Positions 12,312 through 23,450 of a stretch of 64,000 nucleotides of DNA are shown piece by piece; the first letter of the stretch is position 1, and every line of letters starts with the position of its first letter. This DNA comes from a virus. Taxonomy: Duplodnaviria; Caudoviricetes. The DNA lies in the IMG/VR virus record IMGVR_UViG_2671180879_000003, positions 3,799-67,798 of that record; one strand, given 5' to 3'. The notes under the pieces were generated by a model that did not search any database, was not told where the DNA came from, and was given only the letters and a program-made list of their open reading frames with translations. A program made the translations under genes and the position numbers.

Positions 12312-12920
12312 TTAATGTTCAGAACTAACTACATCTGTTTTTTCTTCAGGTATAGTAACTTTTTCAAAGAATTTACTTAAAAACTCTTTAGTTACATTAG
12401 GAGAATCACTACATACATTGTATTGCCATAATCCATTTATTAAAGGTCTAAAACTTGCTTCTATTTTCTTAGCTTGGAAGTTTGCTTTACCTTCTTTAGC
12501 TTTTAACTCTTCATCTGATAATCCAAATGTTCCAGCATATAATATCCCATATTTATCTATTCCTTGAGCCTTCTCTGCTTTATATAAAATAGCAAGTGTT
12601 GGAGCTATATCATTATCATTTTTTATTATTCCACCTGTTTTAGCTAACTTGTGACCCATAACGTAACATTCATCTTCATCTTGTAAATCTGTTACATTTA
12701 AAGTTACTTTTACATCTTGTAAAGTTTGTTCCTCTAAAACTTTTCTTCCTTCGTGATAATATGGATCACTATTTTGCTTTGGCTTTATTCCTATTTGTTT
12801 AACCCCTTCTAGGTATCGAGGAGTATCAAAAGTTACGTTCCCATCAGTTTCAGTTTTTAAATGAGCTACATATAACTTACTTACGTTTACAACTGGTAAT
12901 ATTTTTTGTGGTGCTGACAT
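12312..12920 (-). CDS. Major tail protein (phi13 family)
   Basis: 202 aa, position and sequence character. Confidence 0.8.
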   Translation of the reverse strand: MSAPQKILPVVNVSKLYVAHLKTETDGNVTFDTPRYLEGVKQIGIKPKQNSDPYYHEGRKVLEEQTLQDVKVTLNVTDLQDEDECYVMGHKLAKTGGIIKNDNDIAPTLAILYKAEKAQGIDKYGILYAGTFGLSDEELKAKEGKANFQAKKIEASFRPLINGLWQYNVCSDSPNVTKEFLSKFFEKVTIPEEKTDVVSSEH

Positions 12921-12964
12921 TCTGCATCAATCCTTTCTTTTATAAATAAAAAAACTATCTTAGA

Positions 12965-13348
12965 TTAGCTAGTTGGTAAATTAATATTAAATCTTAACGG
13001 CTTATGATATAATCCTGTTTTTTCTTCAAATAAATCTGGACTCCCTGGATTATATTCAAATCCAGCTTTAATAAATTTATTAATTATAATTGTTTCTAAG
13101 TTTGTATAGTCTCCTAAACTAAAAATATCAATTTGGACTAAGTGGTTTAAATAGTCTATATTACCCTCACTATATTCACTTCCTCTAGATCTAATAACTT
13201 GATACTCTATATATGGAGGTTTAGGATTATTAGCATGAATAAAATATACTTTTTTATCACTTGTTAAATCTAATATATCTTTATCATTTAAAACTTCTTT
13301 TAATTTCTTTTTTACAATCGAGGCATCTATTTTTATATTACTTTCCAA
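12965..13348 (-). CDS. Tail terminator/completion protein
   Basis: PPYIEY, VQIDIFS, DLFEEKTGLYH motifs. Confidence 0.7.
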   Translation of the reverse strand: MESNIKIDASIVKKKLKEVLNDKDILDLTSDKKVYFIHANNPKPPYIEYQVIRSRGSEYSEGNIDYLNHLVQIDIFSLGDYTNLETIIINKFIKAGFEYNPGSPDLFEEKTGLYHKPLRFNINLPTS

Positions 13349-13352
13349 AATA

Positions 13353-13715
13353 TCACCCCATCTTTCTAAATATCGTTTGAGCTACCTTTGAAATAGCTTC
13401 CTCAGTATTTTCTTCAACACTTCTTTGAAAGTATCCTACATGAGCCTTTTGTTCACTTGTGCCATACTCTTGAAATATATCATAGAAGGCTTTACTTTTT
13501 GCAGTTCCTTCTGTTGCTAAAGCATTTTCTTTAACAGATACTTTAATCTCAGCAAGTTCTCCTGTTGGTCCTACTGGAGTATCATTTTCTAACCCTTCTC
13601 CGATTACTTTTATACCTGACCTTACGGCTTGCCTTTTTATAACTGTATCTAAAGCCATATTTTTTACATACTCCTCAAACTCTTCATATCCTTCAAGTTC
13701 TATAGTGCTTGACAT
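13353..13715 (-). CDS. HK97 gp10-family neck protein
   Basis: TPVGPTGEL and FQEYGTS motifs. Confidence 0.8.
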   Translation of the reverse strand: MSSTIELEGYEEFEEYVKNMALDTVIKRQAVRSGIKVIGEGLENDTPVGPTGELAEIKVSVKENALATEGTAKSKAFYDIFQEYGTSEQKAHVGYFQRSVEENTEEAISKVAQTIFRKMG

Positions 13716-13741
13716 ATAAAACCTCCAAATAAAAAAGAAAG

Positions 13742-14107
13742 CTATATAGCTTCCTTTTTATCTTTTATCATAGTAAATATTGATGATATTAAAAATAAAA
13801 TTGCTACAACTAATCCACCAATAAAGTTGATTGGACTATCAGCAGAAATTGAAGTAAATGCTGCAGCTAAATTAATTATAAAAGCAATAATCATAAATAT
13901 TCTACTTAATTTTTCTTTATTATTAACTATACATGCACCTACTAAACCAGCTATACTTGCAAGTATACTTAAAAATGCAAATGTTAAAGTACTACCGCCT
14001 GCTGGATTAGTTACTTTCATATTAAATCCAATAAACAGTAACATACAACCTAATAGGATTCCAAATATACCTCCTATAAGTCCTAAAATAAAAGCAGTTT
14101 TTTTCAT
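13742..14107 (-). CDS. Four-TM membrane protein, moron inside neck operon
   Basis: Four hydrophobic segments; own TATAAT and GGAGG upstream. Confidence 0.75.
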   Translation of the reverse strand: MKKTAFILGLIGGIFGILLGCMLLFIGFNMKVTNPAGGSTLTFAFLSILASIAGLVGACIVNNKEKLSRIFMIIAFIINLAAAFTSISADSPINFIGGLVVAILFLISSIFTMIKDKKEAI

Positions 14108-14158
14108 ATTATGACACCTCCAATTTATATTATAACCTAAAAGGTAATATTTGGAAAT

Positions 14159-14506
14159 CTAACAATTTATTTTAGATTTAATATCTACAAATTCATGCCT
14201 ATTTTCAAAGTCTAAAACATCTAAAATATCATAATAAAAACCTTTATATTCTATTCTAAATATTTTACTTGCTCCTGGATCTAGTAACTCTTTTACCTTA
14301 TTACAGTATCTAACTGTAAATGTAACTATATTTTCACTATTATTTGCTTTAGCGGCTATATATTCTTTTCCAGATACGCTTTTATAGCCACTCCAACATT
14401 TATAATGTTCTTTCCAAACTTCTTCATCAAATCCATTTTCATTAGTTTCCTTTGAATCTGATAATTTTTCTATTTTTATTCTTTCTGTTAATCTACATTC
14501 AGCCAT
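14159..14506 (-). CDS. Head closure (head-tail adaptor) protein
   Basis: SGKEY...FTVRY...RIEYKGFYYDI motifs. Confidence 0.8.
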   Translation of the reverse strand: MAECRLTERIKIEKLSDSKETNENGFDEEVWKEHYKCWSGYKSVSGKEYIAAKANNSENIVTFTVRYCNKVKELLDPGASKIFRIEYKGFYYDILDVLDFENRHEFVDIKSKINC

Positions 14507-14782
14507 TTAATCACCATACTTTAACTGAGTCATAATAGTTTGTAGTGAAAATCTCACTCTTTTTTTCCTTTTTTCTTCTTCCATTAATCCTTTATCTTTG
14601 TACCATTCATTGACTAATATTTTACAATATCTTTTAGCTCTTTTATTTTCGCTAGTAAATTCTTTTCCAGTAGCATCTTTTAGATATTCCTCAGCTGCAT
14701 CTATACAGTCTTGAATTTCTTCATCGTCATCGTCAAAATCTACTTTTAAGAACTTTTTAGCCTCTTCTAAATTTAGAATCAT
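14507..14782 (-). CDS. Head-tail connector (gp6-like)
   Basis: LEEAKKFLKVDFDDDDEEI...AAEEYL. Confidence 0.85.
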   Translation of the reverse strand: MILNLEEAKKFLKVDFDDDDEEIQDCIDAAEEYLKDATGKEFTSENKRAKRYCKILVNEWYKDKGLMEEEKRKKRVRFSLQTIMTQLKYGD

Positions 14783-14926
14783 TTAATCCCTCATTTCTTA
14801 AAAAATAGCTAAAAAAACGACCTTTTTAAATCGATTCTAAGGTGTTTCAAAAACTTTAATAGACTAATAATACCTTGTAATTTCAACGTATTATTAGTCT
14901 GAAATATTTTTTACTTTAATTTTTTA

Positions 14927-16081
14927 TTAATGCTCTGAACTTACTACACTTGTATCTATATATCCATTAACAATTGCAGCTTTATCTTTTATTGTTACAT
15001 CTTCTCTTTCTATAGCTCTAAATAAAGTTAAATCTTCTTCAAATGCATTTAATTCTCCTATAGCTGCTGTATCAGACATTTTTATATTCATTAAAGCTCT
15101 ATCCCAGAAAACTATACCTTCTTTTAAATCTCCTATTATAAAAGGTATTTTATTTCCTGTAGTAGATAAATCACTATTTGGACAAACTTCAACTGGTATA
15201 GTTAATGATCCAGCACATAATTTAAGTGCCATAGGTTCTTTTGGATCTGGTTGTAAAATATATTTTCCATCTGAATCTTTTAGTGTATCTAAATATTGTA
15301 ATCCATCATCATTTGTAATTATTTTACTAGTTGGCTTAAAAGTAGCCCCTAAAGTAACATTTAAAGCCTTCTTAATATCATCTAATCCATTTAATTTTGT
15401 CTCATCTATTGTTTTTATTTGTTCTAATATTAATTTATTTTGAGTTACTCTTGATTCATCACCTATCCATTCTATTAAAGTATTAACTATATTTTGGTCT
15501 GAATCTGCAAGTAATTCATTCGTTACAGTAAAATATCCTGCATATTTTTCAATTTCATATTTTAATCTCTCAAATTGAGGTGTATTTTTTTCACCTATTT
15601 TACCTCCTTCACCTACTTTAACAAATCCAGTTTATTGAGATCTTTTTTTGAAAGTTCTTTGTCCTTTATCAGTAGTAACTTTTTCAACTGTTACTAGATC
15701 CTTTAAAGACTTTTTAGATTCTTTATATGTATTTATTTTAGTTAATATATCTTCTGGAACAGTATATCCACCCTCTGCTGGAGTTCCAACTGACATTTTA
15801 TTATCTATTTTAAATCCATTTCTTGCAGCATTAGCAAATTCAACAATTGAATCTTTGTTTTCTGAAGTAACTTTTATCCCTTCTCCATCTTTAATTTTAT
15901 TTTTTGCTTCTTCATTTTCTCCAGCTTCTAAATCATAAAGAAGGTCAAATTTATCACTTAAATTTTTCAATTCTTCTTTAGCAGCTTTCGCTTCCTCTAG
16001 TTTATTTTCATTAGCTAAATTCTTTACTAATTCTTTTTGAGCTTTTATCTTATTCATTAATTCTAATAATTCTTTTGACAT
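14927..16081 (-). pseudogene. HK97-fold major capsid protein with in-frame TAA at 15632-15634
   Basis: GGYTVPED motif; reading continues in frame past the stop into 14927..15232. Confidence 0.88.
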
Positions 16082-16133
16082 TTTTATTCCTCACTTTTTT
16101 ATATATTTTTGGATTTTGGCAATAAAAAAAGAT

Positions 16134-16979
16134 TTAGTATAAATCTAAATCATTTAATAAATCTTCCTTTTCTTTTTCAATTGTATTTTCTACTTTTTTA
16201 TCATCTTCTTTTTGATTCTGTAGATGTAAAAGTACTTTATTTGCAATTTCTTCTATATCTAGTTTTTGATTTTCATCACTTTTTTTATTTTCTTCAAATA
16301 AGTTTTTAGGAGTATTTTTATATTTATCTAAAAACTCTGATGAACAAGCTACTAATTCAAATTCATCCTCAACTTTTATATTAAATAGTTCCGCTGCACT
16401 TTCTCCAGTAAACCACTTTTCTTCATCCATTAAGACCGACAATTCTTCTTTAGTAACTCCTTCTTTTGCATTTTCCATATAAATATTTAGTATGCTTTCT
16501 TTTCAACTATCCAATGTACTAGCAATTTTCCTTAGGTCTGATGCATTATATGAGTTCCATAGCATACATAAAGGATTATGAATCATAAAGCTAGCATATT
16601 TAGGGACTATAACTTCATCTCCTGCAAGTGCTATTACACTAGCTATACTTGCTGCTAATCCATCAACATGAACAGTCTTTTTACCTTTATGTCTCTTTAG
16701 CATACTATAAATTGCTATTCCCCCAAATACAGATCCACCGCCAGAATTGATATATATATCTACATTTTGTGAATTCTCTAGTTCTTTTAGGAAGTCACTT
16801 ACATCTTGAGGGCATTTATCTTCGTCTGCCCACCAGCTACTCCAACTGTCTGAAACTATATCTCCATAGAAATAAAGCTCTGCTTTTTCTTCTGTTTGAT
16901 TTTTTATTTCTATCTTACCAACATTTTTTAATTCTCCAGTTTTAGTATCTTTATTTTGTAAATTTAATATTTTATTCAC
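16134..16979 (-). pseudogene. ClpP-like prohead protease with in-frame TGA at 16503-16505
   Basis: INSGGGSV, DGLAASIAS, MIHNP; both ORF parts share a frame. Confidence 0.88.
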
Positions 16980-18234
16980 TGTTTTCGCCTCCTTTCGAAT
17001 ATTGCTTTCCTACATCTGTGATAGGTATATAGTTACCATTACAAATTAATACGTCTCCACCTTCTATTGCTGGCATATCTAAAATATCTCTAGCATTATT
17101 TGGAGTGTATATAGCATTATTTACAAATGATGTTAAGCACTCTGCTTGTGTTTTTGCATCTGTTCGTAAAATAGCTTTTTCATTGAATTTATAATACTTA
17201 TTTTCATTTTTCTCTTCATCACTTAATAATTTGTAGCAAATTTCCTCTTCATATTGTTTTAATATAAATTGTTCTGTATCTACATAAAAGCTAAGTTGTT
17301 GCATCTCTCCACTTGAATAACTAGATTTTTCATAGTTATTTATTTGATTTGGCTTTATTCCAAATGCTCCTGCTATTTGAAGTGATGAAAATTTCTTTAA
17401 TTCATAAAATTGACCATCTGTTAGCTTTATATTTAAAGGTGTTATTTTCATACCTAATGGTATAGGAATTATTTTACCTGCATTGTCTGAACCATTAGCA
17501 AACCTTGAAATACCTTCTATTAATTTATCTTCTTTTGACTTATCTAAATCACCTGTATATTCTAGTGTAGCCTTTGCAGTAAGTCCTGTTTTGTAAAGGT
17601 TATTAATGAAGTTTTGACTTTCAACTCCACCCTCAAGTGTATATTTTAAAATTTTACTAACTGGCTCACCCAATATACCATCAAATGTAAATGAGGTTTT
17701 AAAGTGTAGCACTTCTTCATTTTTAAATACAAATTGTTCGCCTGTGTATCTATCAGTATAGATATACCAAAGTGCATCCTTAATTCCAAAGATACCTTTA
17801 TTGTCCATAATAACTTGTACATCATTACTTGGCATAATCCACAAATTTTTTATTTCATATGTAGCTCCATATTTTTCACGCTTAAATTCTTTTCGTATAT
17901 AAACATAGGCATTTCCAAAGTGATTTCTATTCTTTTCTACAGTTGCCCAAAATATCGATGGTGTCATATAAGGGTTAGGTCTAACCTTTAATAAATCATA
18001 TACTTTATTGGGGGCTGCTCTTATTACCCCTTTTTCAGTTTCTTGATACATTTTAATAGGCATTTTACCTAATGTCTCAGATAACATTTTTAAGCAAGTA
18101 AAATAAGTAACTTCACTTAAGATATTTTTATTTCTAGTTGTTATCCCTAGCCACTCTAATAACTTTTCACTTCTCATATCAACAGTTTGTGGTTTAGGCA
18201 TTATTAGATTTTTTAAACTTTTTATAAGGTTCAT
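16972..18234 (-). CDS. Portal protein (HK97 family)
   Basis: PNPYMT, GNAY, EVLHFK motifs. Confidence 0.9.
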   Translation of the reverse strand: MNLIKSLKNLIMPKPQTVDMRSEKLLEWLGITTRNKNILSEVTYFTCLKMLSETLGKMPIKMYQETEKGVIRAAPNKVYDLLKVRPNPYMTPSIFWATVEKNRNHFGNAYVYIRKEFKREKYGATYEIKNLWIMPSNDVQVIMDNKGIFGIKDALWYIYTDRYTGEQFVFKNEEVLHFKTSFTFDGILGEPVSKILKYTLEGGVESQNFINNLYKTGLTAKATLEYTGDLDKSKEDKLIEGISRFANGSDNAGKIIPIPLGMKITPLNIKLTDGQFYELKKFSSLQIAGAFGIKPNQINNYEKSSYSSGEMQQLSFYVDTEQFILKQYEEEICYKLLSDEEKNENKYYKFNEKAILRTDAKTQAECLTSFVNNAIYTPNNARDILDMPAIEGGDVLICNGNYIPITDVGKQYSKGGENSE

Positions 18235-18249
18235 TTTTACACCTCCCTT

Positions 18250-19965
18250 CTAATTCCATCCCATCATATCTAGATACTTATCAACTGATTCATTTACATT
18301 TACTAATCTTTCTTCTTTAAATGCTAACTTATATGCATCTATAATAGCATCTATTGGGTCTATTCTTTTATTTCTTCTATCTTTATCTATCTTAATTTCT
18401 CCATTTGGATTAGATACAGTTTTTGCATTTAAAGCTGACCATGAAAGTAACTCATTTTCTTTGTTATACTCAATATTTTTCGCTCTAACCTCAAGTTCAA
18501 AGTCTTCAGTAGCATCATTAAGCCATTTATGAGTTTGATAAATTTCTATACAATCGTACCCTAATTCTTCTAAATCACTTAAAAAGGCATCCGCATTATG
18601 TGGATCATAGCCTACTTGTTCAATTTTAAATTCATACTTTTCAATAAGATTCTTTAAATATCTAATTATATATTTATAATCAGTTTTAATCCCACCTAAA
18701 GTCTCTGTAACTGTTAACAATCCATCTTTAATCCATAAATTGTATGGAGCATCGTCACTTTTTATATGTTCTTCTACTTTCATTTTTGGTATAAAACTAT
18801 GAGAATGAATATAGTACTTTTTAACTCCGCCAATATAGTATACAAATACCAATGCGAGTGAAGTTAAGTCTCCTCCAGAACTTAAATCCAATCCTACGTA
18901 ACATTTTTGTCCTCTAAAATCTTCTAAAGTTCTTTCACATTCCTTCCAAAACTTAGGTTTTATATATTGATCATCTGTAAATTGAATCCATATATTTAAT
19001 GCTTTTGTTAAGAAGTCTCTTAAATCATCTCCGCCCATATCCCTTGCAGAATCCCCTACTTTTTTTAAGTTTTCAAGGTCTTCTGCATCTTTACATACTA
19101 ATGGATTAGCTTTTATCCAATTTTTAGAGTTCCAAATATCATCTTCTTAATCCATTTCAGCTATATATACAAATTGAGCATCATTAGTAAATACATTTTC
19201 TAAAATATTTTTACAGTATTCATACAGCTTAAAACAAGGGCAATTTAATTCAAATCCAGCCGTAGTTATTACTGAAATTAAACACTGTTTCATTTTTCTT
19301 GTACCACCTTCAAGCAACTTATACATTTGATTGTTCTTATGGGCGTGATATTCATCGACTATACCAAGCAACGGTCTAAAACCATCTATTGATTTTGTAT
19401 CTCTTCCTAATGCTCTTATTATAGAATTAGTGTTTAAAGCTATTATTGTATTATCATGTTCCCTAACCTTAAAAAACTCTGATAAATCTTCATCAGAGTT
19501 AATAAACTTAATCATTTCATTTAATACTATTTTAGCTTGATCTGACTTAGTGGCCGTACAATATAGTTGTCCATATTTATATCCACTAAAAGCTCCATAA
19601 TATGTACCTAAAATACCATTTAAAAATGATTTACCATTTTGTCTCCCTAGCTGAACATACGATGTTCTAAATCTTCTATATCCAGTACCTTTTGTAACCC
19701 ATCCATTTAGGCATCCTAATATGAATACTTGAAATCCTTCTAAATTTACAGGGATTTCTTCCTCACCCTCTGCTATTGTAAGTGTTTCTGCAAAATCTAA
19801 AATATCATTTGCCTTTTCTATATCAAACTCATACTTATATGCATTTAATTTAGACTTCTCCAAGTCATCTAAATGTCTTTTACATGCTAGGATTACAGGT
19901 CTTCCAGCTATAATTTCTCCTTCTACTACATCTACCGCATATTGAGTAACCCTATCTAAATTCAC
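18250..19965 (-). pseudogene. Terminase large subunit with in-frame TAA at 19147-19149
   Basis: GRQNGKS, VDEYH, GLDLSSGGD, RIDPIDA; halves in frame. Confidence 0.9.
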
Positions 19966-19978
19966 ATAAAATCACCCC

Positions 19979-20467
19979 CTATTTTGCAAACTTAGAAAAC
20001 TTGTTTTTCTTTTCATCTGTACTTGGTTTAGGTATAACCAATCTGCATCTGCTAGATATAGTTAACCCCATATCTGAAGCAAAGCTTCTGCATTGTTTAA
20101 TATGTCTATCTTCAATTATTGATAGTTTATTATATTCTTCAAAATCTTCCTGTGGATCTAATGAGTCTAATTTAAGAGCTACCTTTACATATCTACTATA
20201 AGCTTTTATATATGTAGCTAATGAGTTGCAATCTGGATTGCCCATTATACCTATATCTATTAGCTCTTTTGATATCTTTTTAAACTGTTTTTTCTCTTCT
20301 TTTGTTAAGTGAGTAGGAGGTTTTATATTATCTGAATTTGCTTTTACTTCTGTACTTTTCCTTTGTTCAATCTCAGCTTTTGTAAGGTGTTTCTTACCAT
20401 TTGCCACTACTAATTCAATTGGTTGTTTTTTGCCTGCCACCTTATTTTCCCTCCTATCCCTGTTCAA
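19979..20467 (-). CDS. Terminase small subunit (P27 family)
   Basis: KPPTHL...MGLTISSRCRL. Confidence 0.88.
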   Translation of the reverse strand: MNRDRRENKVAGKKQPIELVVANGKKHLTKAEIEQRKSTEVKANSDNIKPPTHLTKEEKKQFKKISKELIDIGIMGNPDCNSLATYIKAYSRYVKVALKLDSLDPQEDFEEYNKLSIIEDRHIKQCRSFASDMGLTISSRCRLVIPKPSTDEKKNKFSKFAK

Positions 20468-20477
20468 ATTTTTCAGT

Positions 20478-20551
20478 GGGGAGTTTCCGCGGAAAAAAAC
20501 TGCAACCGTGGACTTACGTCAAAAGCCAAAAACTTTTTGACTCCCCCCTAC
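20478..20551. other. Probable cos region
   Basis: GC-rich patch (G6 run, CCGCGG) between HNH and terS, the usual cos position in HK97-like Firmicutes phages. Confidence 0.45.
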
Positions 20552-20554
20552 CTT

Positions 20555-20968
20555 TTAATAATTTTCTTTTATCAATTCTTTTAGTTCATTTTGCATCTTA
20601 ATTTTAGATGTTTCTCCTTTATCGTACATTCTATGTACCTTCTTATGACACCTATCTCATAAGCATATAAGATTATGCATATTCAATCTCTTGCTCCAGC
20701 AATCTTTTAATGTTTCTATATGATGTACTACATAACTTAAGTTATCATCACATAGTTTACATATTCCATCATCTCTTTGTCTTACAGAGTCTCTAGTAAA
20801 CTTTCATTCTTTACTGCAGTAAAATTTCTGTTCTTTAAAGTCTACTCTCCGCTTTATATAATCCTTCTATACTTTCTGTTGTCTATTATTAAATTTAGCT
20901 TCACATTCAGAGCACATAGAAATTTCTTGGGGAATAATTTTTCCACATCTACAAAACTTCTTTAACAA
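20555..20968 (-). pseudogene. Packaging-associated HNH endonuclease with three in-frame stops
   Basis: Manual translation CKLC...VVHHI...NLICL*DRCHKKVH; stops at 20867 (TAG), 20804 (TGA), 20657 (TGA). Confidence 0.82.
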
Positions 20969-21054
20969 ATTTATCATCTCTTTTAATTAAGTTTTTAGTT
21001 TACTACCTAGCGATATTTCATATTGCTATCCAACTAATTAATAGTTTCAAAAAT

Positions 21055-21088
21055 AAAAAGAACCCTTAACATAACAGGATTCTTTTTT
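21055..21088 (-). terminator. Terminator after nuclease cassette
   Basis: aaaaagaaccct...aggattcttttt inverted repeat. Confidence 0.6.
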
Positions 21089-21116
21089 ATTTACTTTATT
21101 TTATAAGTGGATTAAT

Positions 21117-21830
21117 TTATATTTGAATTATACCTTCATTTTCATGAGGAGAAATCCATCTAGATAACTCTCCACTTATATCCATATCTATTTGAATTTT
21201 TTTTTCATGTATAATATCTATTATATTTTCACCATCTTCTAACGCTCTTTTTATTTCATCTATACTAAAATCTAATAATATTTTTGGTGTTTTGCTTTCA
21301 GAATATTTCAAATTTATTTTATTTATAAATGATGCTGCATCTGTCCAATGTTTTTCATTTCTTCCACTTACTCCTACTCTTGATATAAATATACCTAGAG
21401 AAATTTTAGATACATCCATAAGTGAATAAAATTTTCCAATTAGCCCAACTTCTACTGCCTTATTATGGTTCTTACATTCAATAAGAAATTCATCTGGAAT
21501 CCATTTTGGTATTATTTTATCACGTCTCATTATTCTTCCATTCAGATTAAGTTTAACTAATAAATCAAATTCATTACTCGACGTATGTTTATTTTTCATG
21601 CATTTAAATACTTTGGTTCCCAGTAAAATTTTTTCAATTGTATCCTCAAAAAGCTTACCTTTTTGATAATTATTCATACCTTTATCTTCTTTTATACAAT
21701 CTATCATATCTAGTACTTCTATTTTTATATCTTGATCAAGTTCTAAATTAATTTGTTTTAAGTCTTCACTATCAGAAGCTTGAATATAATCCTCAAAAGA
21801 TAATCCATTATTCATTTCTAGCCACCTCAA
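21117..21830 (-). CDS. PD-(D/E)xK restriction-endonuclease-like (Mrr_cat-like) protein
   Basis: KGKLFE...NEFDLL...LIECKN...GKF...LGIFIS pattern. Confidence 0.75.
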   Translation of the reverse strand: MRWLEMNNGLSFEDYIQASDSEDLKQINLELDQDIKIEVLDMIDCIKEDKGMNNYQKGKLFEDTIEKILLGTKVFKCMKNKHTSSNEFDLLVKLNLNGRIMRRDKIIPKWIPDEFLIECKNHNKAVEVGLIGKFYSLMDVSKISLGIFISRVGVSGRNEKHWTDAASFINKINLKYSESKTPKILLDFSIDEIKRALEDGENIIDIIHEKKIQIDMDISGELSRWISPHENEGIIQI

Positions 21831-22191
21831 AGTTTATGAAAATATATTTATATGGATTTTTTTCATCATATAAATCTCTTCCACACTCTTCACATACCCT
21901 TTCATCTTCTAATTCATTTATGCTATTAAAAGTTTCTTGGCTAACATCTTTACATAATGGACAATATAATTTATATACCTTTTTTAACACCTTATTCTTT
22001 TCTAAAATGTTAAATATTTTTATAACTTGATTAAAGTTTAAGTCTGCTTTTTTCATAATATTTTCAGGAAATATAAAAGTATGTATTTCTTTTTTCTGTA
22101 TATAACTTAGTATTAATTCTAATTTATAATCCTCAATATTAGTTAACCTTTTAATTTCGTCTAGAATATTCTGAAATGAATTTGATAACAT
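21808..22191 (-). CDS. Small winged-helix-like plus C4 zinc-ribbon protein
   Basis: CPLC...CEEC; overlaps both neighbours. Confidence 0.65.
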   Translation of the reverse strand: MLSNSFQNILDEIKRLTNIEDYKLELILSYIQKKEIHTFIFPENIMKKADLNFNQVIKIFNILEKNKVLKKVYKLYCPLCKDVSQETFNSINELEDERVCEECGRDLYDEKNPYKYIFINFEVARNE

Positions 22192-23185
22192 AATTTATCC
22201 TCTCCCTATTTATTCCTGACTGTTGATATATATGATGTAACATTACATCATCATATATATCACCTAAATTACCAACTATATTTATACCAACTGCTATGTG
22301 TCCCATTTGTCTTTTTGAATTATTAAATTTATGCTTCCATTTAAACGCTATATTTCTTATCGTAGATTCTTCTTCATATGTTTTTATAAAATCTATTATC
22401 TTTTTTTTATCATTTTCATTCTCAAAAGTATATGCAATTTTTCTTATATCATCAATTAATGGTAATTTATCATTTCTAGTTGAACAAAATGAACTTCTTC
22501 CATCATTTTGATCTTGTCTAGATACTCTATATATACTTATATTAGGATACTTAGATTCATCTCTATTTATTTCTTCATCTAAATCTCTAAATACAGGAAT
22601 AGAATTAAATTCAATTAGTTTCAACTCTAGCTTTATTGATATCCATTCAATTATTAATTTATTTATGGCCTTATAAAATCCTTCTTCACTATATACTTCT
22701 GATACTGATGAAAATTTAATAGACATTAACTTTGTATCTTTAAATATAGTAGCTATAACAGGATATTTAATATAATTATTATCTATTTTATTTTGTTTTA
22801 TAAATGAAAATTTAATATCTATTTCATTTAAGTGTTCATAGCTTTTGACCACTGGAGTTAAAGTCTCCCAAGTCATACCCTCATTAAAATTGACATATTT
22901 ATCTTCGAGACTATCATAATTATTTAATACTGATAACTTTTCATATAAATTTTCACATTGGATATTATATAATGTAAAATATTTATAACTCTTATCATAT
23001 TCATACTCATTTAATTTAATTTTAATCATTTTTAAATCTTCATTTATATATTTATCCATAATAGAATAGCTATCTTTTGCGTTTCCTATTTTCAAATCAT
23101 TCACTTTAATAAATTGATCTAGTCTTCTTTTTACAATATATTGACTATTGCGTATAGTATTACTTAAAAGCTTTTTTTCGTTCAT
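22151..23185 (-). CDS. Hypothetical 344-aa protein, first gene of nuclease cassette
   Basis: Long ORF with AGAGGAG RBS; no recognised motif. Confidence 0.75.
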   Translation of the reverse strand: MNEKKLLSNTIRNSQYIVKRRLDQFIKVNDLKIGNAKDSYSIMDKYINEDLKMIKIKLNEYEYDKSYKYFTLYNIQCENLYEKLSVLNNYDSLEDKYVNFNEGMTWETLTPVVKSYEHLNEIDIKFSFIKQNKIDNNYIKYPVIATIFKDTKLMSIKFSSVSEVYSEEGFYKAINKLIIEWISIKLELKLIEFNSIPVFRDLDEEINRDESKYPNISIYRVSRQDQNDGRSSFCSTRNDKLPLIDDIRKIAYTFENENDKKKIIDFIKTYEEESTIRNIAFKWKHKFNNSKRQMGHIAVGINIVGNLGDIYDDVMLHHIYQQSGINRERINYVIKFISEYSRRN

Positions 23186-23450
23186 AAACTACTCCTCTTT
23201 ATTATTATATCGTTTATATGATTATAACATTTTTTACATTTTTTTACATTTTTTATTGTAAGATTAGTAGTTTATAATTTTAGTTTTTAAGTATTATATA
23301 CATATAATTATAAAAGTATGCTTTAATAATCCTTATATATTCAATTGAGTTTCACAGGGATATTACATAATATAAAATACTATTAATTTTGGTCTATGAA
23401 AATATATCCTTAAGTAATAAACTTGACTTTATACTAATTAACTTATTCCC

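Noticed and set aside
14927-20968. Stop-codon recoding or suppression of element 1 late genes by the tRNA-like RNA (loops contain UUA)
   Set aside because: Stops are of all three types, replace different residues and coexist with frameshifts; the anticodon arms are non-canonical. Decay is simpler.
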